A stretch of 64,000 nt of DNA, from positions 27,657 through 91,656 of the forward strand of contig JAZDJN010000018.1 in assembly GCA_043803945.1 (NCBI GenBank), given 5' to 3'. Under the pieces are notes generated by a model. That model saw only the letters and a list, made by a program, of their open reading frames with translations. It did not search any database and had not been told where the DNA came from. Made by a program: the position numbers and the translations under genes. Shown piece by piece: positions 42,420 through 53,038 of the stretch (position 1 is its first letter; each line of letters starts with the position of its first letter). Source of the DNA: a bacterium (lineage in GTDB: Bacteria; Bacteroidota; Ignavibacteria; UBA10030).

Positions 42420-43310
42420 ATGAAAATTCCAGTGACGGCCATACTGCTGCTCTCACTTCTCGCATCCTGCAGCGGAAAGAAAGAAGCATATCCGTTTAAG
42501 GGAAAAATCATCACGGATGATTTTGGAAACTCAATCATACTTAAGAATCCTCCCCATCGTATTGTCTCGCTGGCGCCCAATATTACTGAAATCCTCTTTG
42601 CCGTAGGTGCCGACTCCTCGCTCGTGGGCGTAACACAATTTTGCGATTACCCTCCTGCTGCAAAAACCAAAACGGTGGTAGGCGGATTGCTGAACCCAAA
42701 CCATGAGAGCATTGTCAATCTCAAACCGGATCTCGTGCTCCTGACCACTTCTGGGAACCTGAAGAATGATTTTGAAAAACTCCATGGCCTCGGAATACCG
42801 GTCTTTGCCTCCAATCCCCGCACGATTGAAGGAGTCTATAAATCGATCGCCGATATCGGCAAGCTGACGAACCGGACCTCGGCTGCCGATTCACTACGGC
42901 GCTTTCTTCAGGCAAGAATACAAACGCTGTGCGAAAAGGCGCTGGCACATCCTCCAAAGCAGGTTCTTATTCTTCTTTCGCTCAATCCGATTGTCGCAGC
43001 AGGCCGGGGTACATTCCTCAATGAACTGCTGGAGACGGCTAACGGCAGAAATATTGTGCAGGGCACATCCATTGCTTATCCCACACTCAGTCGTGAAGAA
43101 ATTCTCAAACGACATCCCGATGTGATCCTCGTCTCAAGCGACGTTGCAAAAAAACCGATGGAGATCATGCGAGCCTATCCTGAATGGGGCTCCATGCCGG
43201 CAATACGCAACAATCGAATCCATATCGTTGATGCCAACATTGTAAGCCGCCCGGGGCCCAGGATAGCGCTTGCACTGGAATCAATAATCGCGGCCATCCA
43301 TGGAGATTGA
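42420..43310 (+). CDS. btuF: BtuF-like cobalamin/Fe-siderophore periplasmic binding lipoprotein
   Basis: Lipobox LASC; RIVSLAPNITE, CDYP and SRPGPR. Confidence 0.8.
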   Translation: MKIPVTAILLLSLLASCSGKKEAYPFKGKIITDDFGNSIILKNPPHRIVSLAPNITEILFAVGADSSLVGVTQFCDYPPAAKTKTVVGGLLNPNHESIVNLKPDLVLLTTSGNLKNDFEKLHGLGIPVFASNPRTIEGVYKSIADIGKLTNRTSAADSLRRFLQARIQTLCEKALAHPPKQVLILLSLNPIVAAGRGTFLNELLETANGRNIVQGTSIAYPTLSREEILKRHPDVILVSSDVAKKPMEIMRAYPEWGSMPAIRNNRIHIVDANIVSRPGPRIALALESIIAAIHGD

Positions 43311-43405
43311 AATTCATCCTGGCAAGAGCTTGATTTTCTTCCATCAGAAAGATACATTCACCGAGTACTATTCTCGTCCTATTCACAATACTGTATTCGA
43401 GAACC

Positions 43406-44038
43406 ATGCAGAATGAAGCGAAGTCACTGTTCGTTGCGGTTGCAGGAAACATCGGAGCCGGCAAATCTTCACTCACCCGCTTACTGGCAAAAGAATTTGG
43501 ATGGAGACCCTACTTCGAATCGGTGGATGATAATCCCTACCTCCCGGACTTCTACACGGATATGAGGCGTTGGTCATTCCATCTCCAGATCTATTTTCTC
43601 GCCAACAGATTTAAAAATCACAAACAGATGGTTGAATGCGGCGAACCAGTTATTCAAGACCGTTCGATCTATGAAGACGCAGAGATTTTCGCACGAAACT
43701 TATACGACATTGGAAAAATGGATCAGCGTGACTACGATAACTATGTCTCGCTGTTTCATGTGATGACCGACTATCTGAAGTCGCCTCATCTGATGATCTA
43801 TCTGCGGGCATCGGTCGATACACTCGTCGACCAGATTTCACGGCGAGGGAGGTCCTTCGAACAGGCAATTGAACGAAAGTACCTCGAGCAGTTGAATAAG
43901 CATTACGAGGATTGGATCAGCCGGTATAACCGCGGGCCGTTGCTGATCATCGAAAGCAACAATCTGGACTTCGTGAACCGAGATAAAGATTTCGAGTACA
44001 TCATCGCACTGCTCAAGGAGAAGTTGAATCTGACGTAA
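43406..44038 (+). CDS. Deoxynucleoside kinase
   Basis: AGNIGAGKSS, QDRSIYED and RGRSFE. Confidence 0.92.
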   Translation: MQNEAKSLFVAVAGNIGAGKSSLTRLLAKEFGWRPYFESVDDNPYLPDFYTDMRRWSFHLQIYFLANRFKNHKQMVECGEPVIQDRSIYEDAEIFARNLYDIGKMDQRDYDNYVSLFHVMTDYLKSPHLMIYLRASVDTLVDQISRRGRSFEQAIERKYLEQLNKHYEDWISRYNRGPLLIIESNNLDFVNRDKDFEYIIALLKEKLNLT

Positions 44039-44049
44039 CGCTTGTCAAT

Positions 44050-45717
44050 CTATTTCCCAGCGAGCAGCTCGTTGTAGCGTGTCTTATTTTTCAGGAGGAT
44101 AACGGCGACATCCACCTGAAGGTCATTCTCCAGGGCTGCTTCAAATCCTGCCTTTTCACCCTTCATGCGAGAGAGAATTTCTACTCTGAGTTCCTGGCGC
44201 ACATCGTTCTTGTTCATCTCAAACTTTTTCTTCTTCTCTGCCTCGATGGCCATTGAGAGCGATTCAATCTCATTGCGGAGCGATGGGGTGTATTGTTCCT
44301 TCACGGCGATCTCACGAATTTCCTTCAACTTGATCTCCGAATCCTCCTCATAAGCAAAGCCCTTCTCTTTGAGGAACGATTCAAAGGATGCTAGAAGCTC
44401 GTCGTTCGCTTCGAACGGTTCTTTCAGGGGCTGGTGTTTCGCTGCAAAAGCATTGGCAAATTTATAAAACATTGCTTTCCGGTTAAGTTCGCGAATGTAC
44501 TTGCTCATGGGCGGATCCATGACCACGCTATCGGGAAGTATTCCACCGGCTTCTTTGACCTTTCGGTTATGAGCTGTCCGGTACTCTTTCCGCAGGCTAT
44601 CCGGCTTTGTGCTAAAAATCCCTTTATTATCGTTTGAGTAATCGATTTCCTGGATACTTCTTCCGCTGGGGGTGAAATACCGGCCTGAGGTAATTTTGAG
44701 CGAGCTCGATTCAGTGAGCGGTGTAATTGTTTGCACTAATCCTTTCCCGAACGTACGGGTACCAACGATAACTCCGCGATCCAAATCTTGAATTGCACCA
44801 GCAACAATTTCACTGGCACTTGCAGTACCTTGATCCACAAGTACAACCAAAGGAATTCCCTGCACCATCGGTTTCTCTGCCGAGTAATACTTACGTTCGG
44901 ATTCAAGCTGGCGGCCGCGGGTTGAAACAACCAGACTACTTTCAGGGATAAATTTCGCAGCCACCTCGACAGCAACCTCTAACAAACCACCGGGATTACC
45001 CCTGAGATCCAGGATGAGTCCGCGAAGGTCGCCTTTGCCTTTAAGGTCTTTTATTGCCATCCGGACTTCATCGCCGGCAGTCCTGGAAAATTTTTCAAGG
45101 TGAAGGTAGCCGATCCCGCTTTCGATAAAACCTGCATACGTGACATTGCGAACGGGAATCTCTTCACGCACAAGTACAAATTCTAGGGGTTTTGGTTCAC
45201 CATCTCGTTCGACTTTCATTTTCAACGTCGTTCCCGGCACCCCACGAACGAGCACGCGTAATTCTGAAGGTGATACGGTTGCAACCCCTTTCCCATCGAT
45301 TTCCAATATCCTGTCACCGGCCTGGATTCCCTGCTTTGCAGCGGAAAATCCTTCGATCGGCGAAATGATGGTGATTACTCCATCCTTCATTCCAACAGTA
45401 ATCCCGACACCGGCATACTTACCTTTCGTCACAAGTTCGATTTCATCAGTATCCTTTTCACCAAGATAGACGGTATAGGGATCGAGGGACCGCAGCATCC
45501 CGTCGATTCCAGCTTTCATAAATTTATCGGGATCGACTTCGTCGACATAATGCAGTGCTATTTCCCTGTAAACCCTGCCGAAGAGATCAATACCACGATT
45601 GATGCGAAATAAGAGATCGTTGTTAAATCCGCTCAGTGAACCAATCAGGATGACGCTAAGAAACAAAAGAGCACCGATCTTACCGATGATTTTAAAATGG
45701 TGTACGACTTTCTTCAT
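44050..45717 (-). CDS. S41 C-terminal processing protease (PDZ)
   Basis: LDPYT, DLRGNPGG, TASASEI and FGKGLVQ. Confidence 0.93.
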   Translation of the reverse strand: MKKVVHHFKIIGKIGALLFLSVILIGSLSGFNNDLLFRINRGIDLFGRVYREIALHYVDEVDPDKFMKAGIDGMLRSLDPYTVYLGEKDTDEIELVTKGKYAGVGITVGMKDGVITIISPIEGFSAAKQGIQAGDRILEIDGKGVATVSPSELRVLVRGVPGTTLKMKVERDGEPKPLEFVLVREEIPVRNVTYAGFIESGIGYLHLEKFSRTAGDEVRMAIKDLKGKGDLRGLILDLRGNPGGLLEVAVEVAAKFIPESSLVVSTRGRQLESERKYYSAEKPMVQGIPLVVLVDQGTASASEIVAGAIQDLDRGVIVGTRTFGKGLVQTITPLTESSSLKITSGRYFTPSGRSIQEIDYSNDNKGIFSTKPDSLRKEYRTAHNRKVKEAGGILPDSVVMDPPMSKYIRELNRKAMFYKFANAFAAKHQPLKEPFEANDELLASFESFLKEKGFAYEEDSEIKLKEIREIAVKEQYTPSLRNEIESLSMAIEAEKKKKFEMNKNDVRQELRVEILSRMKGEKAGFEAALENDLQVDVAVILLKNKTRYNELLAGK

Positions 45718-45746
45718 AAAATTCCTTATTCAACTTCCTTCCAACG

Positions 45747-46376
45747 CTACTTACGAAACAACATTTCTTCTGCACCACTCCAAATTTGGTGTTGTATTCT
45801 CTCAATAGTTTGAGTTCCATCAATCACAATCACTCGCTTATCTTCTGCGGCAAGGGCAAAGTATCCTGCCCTCACATTTTCGTAGAAGGATGTGCCGTTC
45901 GATTCCATCCGGTCGGCAGTTGTCTGCTGCTTTTTCATTCGCCTGCCAATCTCATCAATGGGGATATCAATGAAAAAAGTTATATCCGGAATAAGCCCGC
46001 GCGCGGCTACCTGATTCATCTGTCTGATCGCTTCGATCGAGAGCCCTCTTCCCCATCCCTGATACGCAGTCGTTGAATCATAAAACCGGTCGCAAACAAC
46101 AATGTTCCCCTCCTGGAGGGAGGGGAGAATTACATCCTGAACCAACTGCGAACGGCTTGCCCCGAAGAGAAACAACTCGGTCTCCCGCGACATACCCAGG
46201 TTCTTTTTATCAAGGAGGATCGAGCGAATCTTCTCACCGATCTCTGTTCCCCCGGGATCCCGCGGAACGATCACTTCCCGTCCTGCCTGGCGGAGATGTT
46301 CCACAAGCAATTCGACTTGAGTCGACTTCCCTGAACAGTCGATGCCTTCAAATGTAATGAACAAACCTTTTTTCAT
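45747..46376 (-). CDS. tmk: Thymidylate kinase
   Basis: FEGIDCSGKSTQ and DRFYDSTTAYQG. Confidence 0.95.
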   Translation of the reverse strand: MKKGLFITFEGIDCSGKSTQVELLVEHLRQAGREVIVPRDPGGTEIGEKIRSILLDKKNLGMSRETELFLFGASRSQLVQDVILPSLQEGNIVVCDRFYDSTTAYQGWGRGLSIEAIRQMNQVAARGLIPDITFFIDIPIDEIGRRMKKQQTTADRMESNGTSFYENVRAGYFALAAEDKRVIVIDGTQTIERIQHQIWSGAEEMLFRK

Positions 46377-46618
46377 CGGAGTTCTCTTTTTGCTTACAAA
46401 AAGTAGGCAAATTCACCAACTGATGCAATCTGCCGTTGATGAGTCCCCTCCTGCCATGATAGTCAACCTTGTTCTGAGGTTGAGTGATTGTTGCGGCTCA
46501 GGGTATTTTTCTGTAAACTCCTCGCAACAGGAATACTGATTCAAAGAGTAATGTGCTGGTATCGCCATTGCGGTGAGGAGTAACTGAGATCCTTCAAACG
46601 ATGATCATCTCGAGCTGA

Positions 46619-47290
46619 ATGCCCAAAACCATAAAAAAACATACACTGAAAGAAGCACCCCCTTCCAAGCAAGCCAGTACACGTCTTGAAAAGATGGAAC
46701 AACGACGCATCGATTCTCGCGATGAAGATGCCGGACTGATCAAGAGAGCGCTGCGGGGTGATCAAAAAGCATTTAAGCGGCTTGAGACGAAGTATTACGA
46801 TGCCATTTACAACCTCATCTACCGGATGATTCGAGAAAAGGATGAGGTCGAGGACCTGACCCAGGAGGCGTTTATCAAGGCGTTCATCTCGCTTTCTACA
46901 TTTAATGATGAATATGCTTTCTCCACCTGGTTGTACAAAATAGCAACAAACAACTCTATCGATTATATCCGGAGAAAAAAGCTGCAAACATTCTCCATTG
47001 ACAAGCCGATCGAATCGAAGGATAGTGATTTCAGTTTTGAACTTCCTGATTCCACATACGAGCCTGACATTGGAATGATTGAGAATCAGAAGAAGAAAAT
47101 GCTGAACGACGCCATCAATTCGCTGCCAGCCAAATACAGGCAGGTTATACACTTACGGCATGTAGAAGAGAAAGAATATCAAGAGATCGCCGATCTGTTA
47201 AATCTACCCCTGGGTACTGTCAAGGCGCACATTTTCCGAGCACGAGAAATGTTGTACAAATATCTGCGCGATAAACTTCGCCATTACTAA
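46619..47290 (+). CDS. ECF RNA polymerase sigma factor (SigW/RpoE-like)
   Basis: DLTQEAFIKA, FSTWLYKIA.N and YQEIA..L.LPLGTVK; start position uncertain. Confidence 0.92.
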   Translation: MPKTIKKHTLKEAPPSKQASTRLEKMEQRRIDSRDEDAGLIKRALRGDQKAFKRLETKYYDAIYNLIYRMIREKDEVEDLTQEAFIKAFISLSTFNDEYAFSTWLYKIATNNSIDYIRRKKLQTFSIDKPIESKDSDFSFELPDSTYEPDIGMIENQKKKMLNDAINSLPAKYRQVIHLRHVEEKEYQEIADLLNLPLGTVKAHIFRAREMLYKYLRDKLRHY

Positions 47291-47302
47291 TTCACCTCAC
47301 CA

Positions 47303-47329
47303 TGCAACTCCTCTTCTTTTTCTTACGTA
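47303..47329 (+). promoter_or_regulatory. Candidate ECF (SigW-like) promoter
   Basis: TGCAAC-N17-CGTA directly after the sigma gene. Confidence 0.45.
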
Positions 47330-47364
47330 GAGATAATTAGCAAGGGATAGAAAGGAGTTGGGCT

Positions 47365-48270
47365 ATGAAACAGAACAAAAAATTGATACTCCAATACTGT
47401 GCAGGTGTCCTTCCCCTCATCATGCTGCTCAATATCACGCAGGCCCTCGCTCAGGAGGTGATGAAGCGGGAGGTTAATCGTACGACCGAAAAAGAGGTCA
47501 CGGCAACCATTAGTGCTTCCTTCCTCGACCTGTCGATAATCAAAGGCTCTTCAAAGAAAATTGTTGAGGCTGAATTCTGGAAGGATAAAACATCAAGACA
47601 ACGAGTCGATTTTAAATATCATCTCGACGGTACGACCGGTAAATTGTTGATCGAATCGAGGAACAGAGGAACCCGTTCCAATGAGAACATCTCCTGGAAA
47701 GATGCCGACCACGAGAAACAATCGAATAAAGATAACCGATGGGAGTTAAAATTCACAGACGATGTACCGATCAATTTCGACATAGAGCTGGGGGCGGGAT
47801 CTGGCGATCTGGATTTAACAGGAATAAAGGTAAACGATCTCAGAGTATCAGCAGGTGCAAGCTCTTCAACAATGATCTGCACAAAGCCAAATGAAATCGA
47901 GTGCAGAGATATTCTCATCGAATCTGGAGTGAGCAAGTTTGTCGCTGAAGATCTCCTCAACCTGAATTTTGAGAAAATGAAATTTAAGGGTGGTGTCGGA
48001 TCGTATCGCCTGGACTTTGGCGGAAGCTTGCTGCGGTCAGCAGAAGCCGATATCAGCGTCGGACTCGGCACTGTGACGATCTATCTCTCTCCCGATATAC
48101 CGACACGGATCATTGCGAATGACCATTGGCTCTCCAGCGTCGACATCGATGATGCATTTGAAAAAGTTCGGAAGAACACCTATGAGACACCCAACTTTAA
48201 GAAGAAGGATAAAACCTTCACTATCAAGGTAGAGGCAGGGTTGGGCAGCGTGAATGTGAAAAGCCGTTGA
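47365..48270 (+). CDS. Secreted hypothetical protein with beta-solenoid (LiaF/DUF2154-like) repeats
   Basis: Signal peptide; repeated GAG/GVS/GVG/GLG-x-hydrophobic strand motif. Confidence 0.6.
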   Translation: MKQNKKLILQYCAGVLPLIMLLNITQALAQEVMKREVNRTTEKEVTATISASFLDLSIIKGSSKKIVEAEFWKDKTSRQRVDFKYHLDGTTGKLLIESRNRGTRSNENISWKDADHEKQSNKDNRWELKFTDDVPINFDIELGAGSGDLDLTGIKVNDLRVSAGASSSTMICTKPNEIECRDILIESGVSKFVAEDLLNLNFEKMKFKGGVGSYRLDFGGSLLRSAEADISVGLGTVTIYLSPDIPTRIIANDHWLSSVDIDDAFEKVRKNTYETPNFKKKDKTFTIKVEAGLGSVNVKSR

Positions 48271-48292
48271 CACCAATTGAACTCATTCTTCC

Positions 48293-48326
48293 ATCCCGAC
48301 AGAGAAATCTGCCGGGATTTTTTTTT
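48293..48326 (+). terminator. Rho-independent terminator
   Basis: ATCCCG...CGGGAT followed by a T run. Confidence 0.65.
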
Positions 48327-48399
48327 ATCATTGCAGCACAATGAGATAGGCCTGAATACCGTTTGCACTAGTGAAGAGAAAAAACTTCGAAGCAGAATT

Positions 48400-51030
48400 C
48401 TACCCGAGTCCGAAATGAAAGAATTGCCCCCATGAGTGTGGATGGCTCACCTCGCGGGTTCGGATGAGATTCAGAAGTGCTTGCCGATACGCATCGCCAA
48501 CGGCCAAACCATTTGCCAGGTGAGTATAGAAGTATTCACTAAACAACTTGGCAGCCTTCCTCTCAGCATACCAGGCATTGTACATCACATCGGCTGTTCC
48601 ATTCATCTGTAACACCACAGCATGGATCGGGGCCAGACCCACCCCCTGGCCATAATCATTGGAGAGCAGGAGCAGAGGATAGGCCGGCAGACGTGTAAGT
48701 TGTTCAAAGGGAAGTCTCTGAGCCTGTCCCTCCACCTTGCCATCAGAGAACGCAATTGTTCCCAATTGAGTGCCGTCGCTTCCCACAACAAACTCTGAGA
48801 CAATTTGCAGAACATCCCCTCTCGTTTTAAAGAAATTGTCTACGGTCGCTTCCCGTGCGATGAGGATTTTCGTGTCTTTGAAGAAGCTCCGGATATCGCG
48901 TAATTCATAATCGATAGACCACTGTTTGCCGCTCGGATTGCCCAGGGCAACAATCGTCTGAAATCTTGGCACGCTGGCGCTTTTATACCTGAACGAGAAG
49001 AGAGAAGGAAGATAGTCGACACTGGTGAGTTCAACGAAATATTTTACAACGCCTTTCTTATCCTGCCGCTCGATGGTGTGAAACGGAAAGTTTTCAAATT
49101 CGGAACTCATGATAATCACCACATTTCGTTCGAACAACTCTTCAACCGGCTTGATCAGATGGTCATAGAGTTGTGTAGAAAGGCGGGCAAATTGTGTCAT
49201 GGAAGGAACGCTCGCTTCACCGGCGGAACTTGTATAGACACTCGGGTTCTGTAATAATCTCCTATACTCCTCCATTATTGATAGAAGCCCCTCCCGGCCA
49301 ATCGGTGAAGTGCGCACGGTAACAGCACTCCTCGTGACGACGAAGATGGACAGATGATTCTTTGTCGGGAGGAATCGCAGCGCGACAGTCCCTTTAGGGA
49401 TCGTCATTTGGATATCGCGCAGCTTACCGAGATCACCATACACCAGTGTACTATAGTTCGGATGAATAGAGATGATCCGGGTTGACAAATCCCTCAAATC
49501 CCTCTGCAGGGTATAGACATTATTTTGGAGTTGTTGCACGAGTTGAGGACCGGGTGCCGGCACCGAGCGTGATTGCAGGCTGGACAATTCCATCTGGGCA
49601 AATGCCAGGTCTCTCAGGCTTTGCCGGCCGCGTGCAACATCCTCACGAATTTTTTCATAGCGGATGGCGACATCGAAATTCTGAAGCTGAACAATCTGAG
49701 ATCGATTGGAGGCCCGTTCGACAATCATGATAGCTTCTTCGGGATTATTCATCTTCAGATAAACTCCGGCCAGTTGGGCATAGAGATTCTCGCGCATCTC
49801 TTTCAGCTTCAGATACTTCAAATAGAACCGATGGAGTTCCGGATCAGCATACTCGCCAAAGGTTTGCATATCGATATCAATGGCTTTTTGATACCATTCA
49901 CGCGCCCGTGTTAAATACTCCGTCGATTCATACAATTCACCGGCTTTATAATAAGAAAACATTTGTCCGGTACGGTGCCCGCATTCTTCAAAACTCTTTG
50001 CCACTTGCAGGTAGGCCTGAATCAGTTGTGCGGGGGTCTTCGCTTTATCCGCACCAAGAGAGGGATGTTCATCGCAGAGTGTGATTAAGAGTTGGAGGTA
50101 TGCAGCGGAAATTTTATCGCCCTGGGATTGTGCCAATCGTACTCCATCGGTAAAGAATCGCTTAGCATCGAGGGGCCGCCCATAGTCGAGGTACGTTGTG
50201 CCAATATGGAAGAGCGAGAGGATCTCAAACTCACGTCCTGCACGATGGCTGCGCAGTGCATTCCCGGCTTCACGAAAGAACTTGAGTGCATTATTCATGT
50301 TACTCAGTTGCTTTTCCAGCAATCCCATACTCATCTGCAGGCGGGCATCGGTAGTAACATCATCGGACGGTGAGATCAACGATCGGGCCTGTGCAAGGAG
50401 ATTAAGGGCTTCATTAATGCGCCCTTGGCGGGAATAAATTTCTGCAATCGCATTAATAACAATGGCAGCTTTGACCCCCATGGATTTTGATTGATAAAAG
50501 GTCAGCGCAGACTGGAGCGATTGCAGAGCCTCCTCGATCCGGTTGGCGTACATCAGGGCGTTCCCGATGCGTGCTTCCGTTTCAGCATTCACGGCCGCAT
50601 CCTGGAGAATTGCACTGGCTTGCCGAGTGATATCATAGAAACTCAACGCTTCGTTATACCGATGAAGTGCGAGATACACATCACCATAGAGAAGATTCAA
50701 TGCAAGTTCCGACCGGTAATCGATCGCCTGTTTGAAATACACCAGTGCCGTATCAAACCGACTTAACGCTGTCGAATACCGCCCCCGCTGAAGATAAATC
50801 TGTCCGAGATATTGGTGGGTCTTTCCCAGATGCTGTTGTTCATCTGCCCGGGCGAATAAGGGAAGGACTTTGAATAACATCCGTTCTGCTTCATCGAATG
50901 AACGGGTTTCAATCAACGCTGCTGAACGATCGAGCATCTCATCGGCTTCGGAGAGATCGGCACTGCCAAAATCACATCCGGACAACGTAATGAGAAGTAG
51001 TGCAACGAGTATGACTCCCGGGGCTCTCAT
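48400..51030 (-). CDS. TPR + CHAT-domain lipoprotein, apparently catalytically inactive
   Basis: Lipobox LSGC; TPR helices; LYDHLIKP, PFH, GNP and C-terminal HP..WG.F; no His/Cys dyad recognisable. Confidence 0.8.
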   Translation of the reverse strand: MRAPGVILVALLLITLSGCDFGSADLSEADEMLDRSAALIETRSFDEAERMLFKVLPLFARADEQQHLGKTHQYLGQIYLQRGRYSTALSRFDTALVYFKQAIDYRSELALNLLYGDVYLALHRYNEALSFYDITRQASAILQDAAVNAETEARIGNALMYANRIEEALQSLQSALTFYQSKSMGVKAAIVINAIAEIYSRQGRINEALNLLAQARSLISPSDDVTTDARLQMSMGLLEKQLSNMNNALKFFREAGNALRSHRAGREFEILSLFHIGTTYLDYGRPLDAKRFFTDGVRLAQSQGDKISAAYLQLLITLCDEHPSLGADKAKTPAQLIQAYLQVAKSFEECGHRTGQMFSYYKAGELYESTEYLTRAREWYQKAIDIDMQTFGEYADPELHRFYLKYLKLKEMRENLYAQLAGVYLKMNNPEEAIMIVERASNRSQIVQLQNFDVAIRYEKIREDVARGRQSLRDLAFAQMELSSLQSRSVPAPGPQLVQQLQNNVYTLQRDLRDLSTRIISIHPNYSTLVYGDLGKLRDIQMTIPKGTVALRFLPTKNHLSIFVVTRSAVTVRTSPIGREGLLSIMEEYRRLLQNPSVYTSSAGEASVPSMTQFARLSTQLYDHLIKPVEELFERNVVIIMSSEFENFPFHTIERQDKKGVVKYFVELTSVDYLPSLFSFRYKSASVPRFQTIVALGNPSGKQWSIDYELRDIRSFFKDTKILIAREATVDNFFKTRGDVLQIVSEFVVGSDGTQLGTIAFSDGKVEGQAQRLPFEQLTRLPAYPLLLLSNDYGQGVGLAPIHAVVLQMNGTADVMYNAWYAERKAAKLFSEYFYTHLANGLAVGDAYRQALLNLIRTREVSHPHSWGQFFHFGLG

Positions 51031-51126
51031 GAGGTTCCTCTTCGGAAAAAGAAAACTCCCGCCACGGTGTGCATCGGAGCGGGAGATAAATACCATGGCA
51101 TCAATCGAATGCGACTACTGTCAGAC

Positions 51127-52170
51127 TCATCGCAACGTAATTCCTACGCCGGCCGTGATGACGGGTTGATTGCCAAAGGAATAATCGGCATGGACATTGA
51201 TAATCAGCAGCAGCAATCGAATGCCTGCATGAAACCGCGACGTACGGTCGCCCTCAACCGAAAAACCCGGAATGGGGACCTTTGTGTTCGTCGTTGTTTC
51301 AATGTAGTTGTAGGATTCTATCTCCCATTTGGATTTCTCCATTTGGTAGCCGCCGTAAATCGTCAGAATAGCAAGGCTCTTGCTGACTTCGATGCCATAC
51401 GCGGTCATATTTCCACTCAGGACCTTGGCATCTGCATTATCATAGAGAGAAAATTTTTGAGTCATAAAGTGAATGGCTATATCGATCGGCATCATGGGGA
51501 AATAACGATCGATATCGTGACGGATTCCATAGCCGATAAAACTCACTTTTCCCATATCGCTGACATTCGTTTTCGGAATGAATCGCCCAATCACCTCAAA
51601 TCCAAGCGGTAACCCAAGCGCAGCCTGAGGAATGAGCGTGGGCATATATTTCACATCAAAGCCCGGAGGAGTCTCATAGATTTGTTGTTTTAAAAATGCG
51701 TCCCGTACGGTCTGTGGAATCGGTGTTCCATCCGTCGTTGTTGAAGGAATATTTGTCGGAAAGACTTTAATACCATTGTTCGCACCATAAACGGTCGGTG
51801 TGGAGAGGGTTGCAGCATAATCACGACCTGCTTTCAGTTGAACATATTTCGTTGGGAAGCCGGACATCTGTAAAGGGACCGTCAGATCCGCTGGCATTGT
51901 GAGCAAAAAGATTTTATCTGCATCCTGCACAATAGAAGCACCAACCTTAAGCCCTAGATCGAATCCGAGAATATCATGCAAATCGGCAGAGTGATAGAAT
52001 CCGCCATTTAATCCTGCTCCAAAGTCCTGCAATACCGGTGAGAGATAGCCTTTTGCATTATCACCAAGCAACTTGGAGAGCTGCTTGCCGAGATCATCCT
52101 GTGCTGTTGCTCCATTTGTCAACAGCAGGAGGCCTGCTGCCACTAGTATGATCACTGTCAACTTTCTCAT
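51127..52170 (-). CDS. DUF6588-like outer membrane protein
   Basis: Signal peptide, GYLSP, PQAALGLP, GIRH and a C-terminal beta strand. Confidence 0.6.
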   Translation of the reverse strand: MRKLTVIILVAAGLLLLTNGATAQDDLGKQLSKLLGDNAKGYLSPVLQDFGAGLNGGFYHSADLHDILGFDLGLKVGASIVQDADKIFLLTMPADLTVPLQMSGFPTKYVQLKAGRDYAATLSTPTVYGANNGIKVFPTNIPSTTTDGTPIPQTVRDAFLKQQIYETPPGFDVKYMPTLIPQAALGLPLGFEVIGRFIPKTNVSDMGKVSFIGYGIRHDIDRYFPMMPIDIAIHFMTQKFSLYDNADAKVLSGNMTAYGIEVSKSLAILTIYGGYQMEKSKWEIESYNYIETTTNTKVPIPGFSVEGDRTSRFHAGIRLLLLIINVHADYSFGNQPVITAGVGITLR

Positions 52171-52234
52171 AGACACTACTCCTTGGATGTTGTTGTTAAA
52201 ATTACTGTCTATAGGCAAATATGCAAAAAACGTT

Positions 52235-53038
52235 TCAGAGAACCAAGTGACCTTCCACACGTTGTTTGACGTGCGGCACAATATCATCGGCACAATCGGA
52301 GAGAATTCCATCGACACCCATTCCTGCTAATTTCATCGCCCCTTCAATCGAATTCAGCGTATAAACATAGACTTCAATGTTGTGGCCGTGAGCATCTTCA
52401 ATCATGCCTCGTGTGACTTCATGCTTGGCACAGACGAAGACGGAAGCTCCGACTCTGCGGGCAAGTTTCGAAGGTGGTTTTCCGTAATCGCGGTACAGAT
52501 TGAAGAGGACACCGGTTGTGGCTTCAGGATCCATCCGTTTGATGTTCGCCACCATCGAGTGATCGAAGGATGAATACAAGACATGCCTTGCTAATTTATG
52601 ACGATGAACAACCTCGAGAACTTTCTGTTCAAGTAGGCCCGGCCGTTCTCTAAAGAACAGGTCTGATTTCAATTCGATATTGATCCAGAGACGCCCATCG
52701 ACGACCTCCAGAACATCACTGAGCAGAGGGATTCGTTCCCGGGAGAATGATTGATGGAACCATGAACCTGCATCGAATTCTCTGATTTCCGCATATGTAT
52801 ACTGCCGCGCTGCTCCATTACCCGTTGATGTACGTTGGAGTGTTCGGTCGTGCAATACGATCACCTCTTCATCCCGCGTCAAACGGACATCGAGCTCGAT
52901 CATATCAATGCCCGGAGTCGCACAAGCGAGAAGGAATGCTGCGATTGTATTTTCCGGTGCTTTTGCAGAAATCCCCCGGTGAGCCGTAACGTAGGGAGCA
53001 ATCTCTTTCGACGGCAGCGGGATAAATGGCTCTCTCAT
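52235..53038 (-). CDS. Glycerophosphodiester phosphodiesterase
   Basis: AHRG..PENT, IELDV...HD..L.RT and NIELK. Confidence 0.92.
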   Translation of the reverse strand: MREPFIPLPSKEIAPYVTAHRGISAKAPENTIAAFLLACATPGIDMIELDVRLTRDEEVIVLHDRTLQRTSTGNGAARQYTYAEIREFDAGSWFHQSFSRERIPLLSDVLEVVDGRLWINIELKSDLFFRERPGLLEQKVLEVVHRHKLARHVLYSSFDHSMVANIKRMDPEATTGVLFNLYRDYGKPPSKLARRVGASVFVCAKHEVTRGMIEDAHGHNIEVYVYTLNSIEGAMKLAGMGVDGILSDCADDIVPHVKQRVEGHLVL

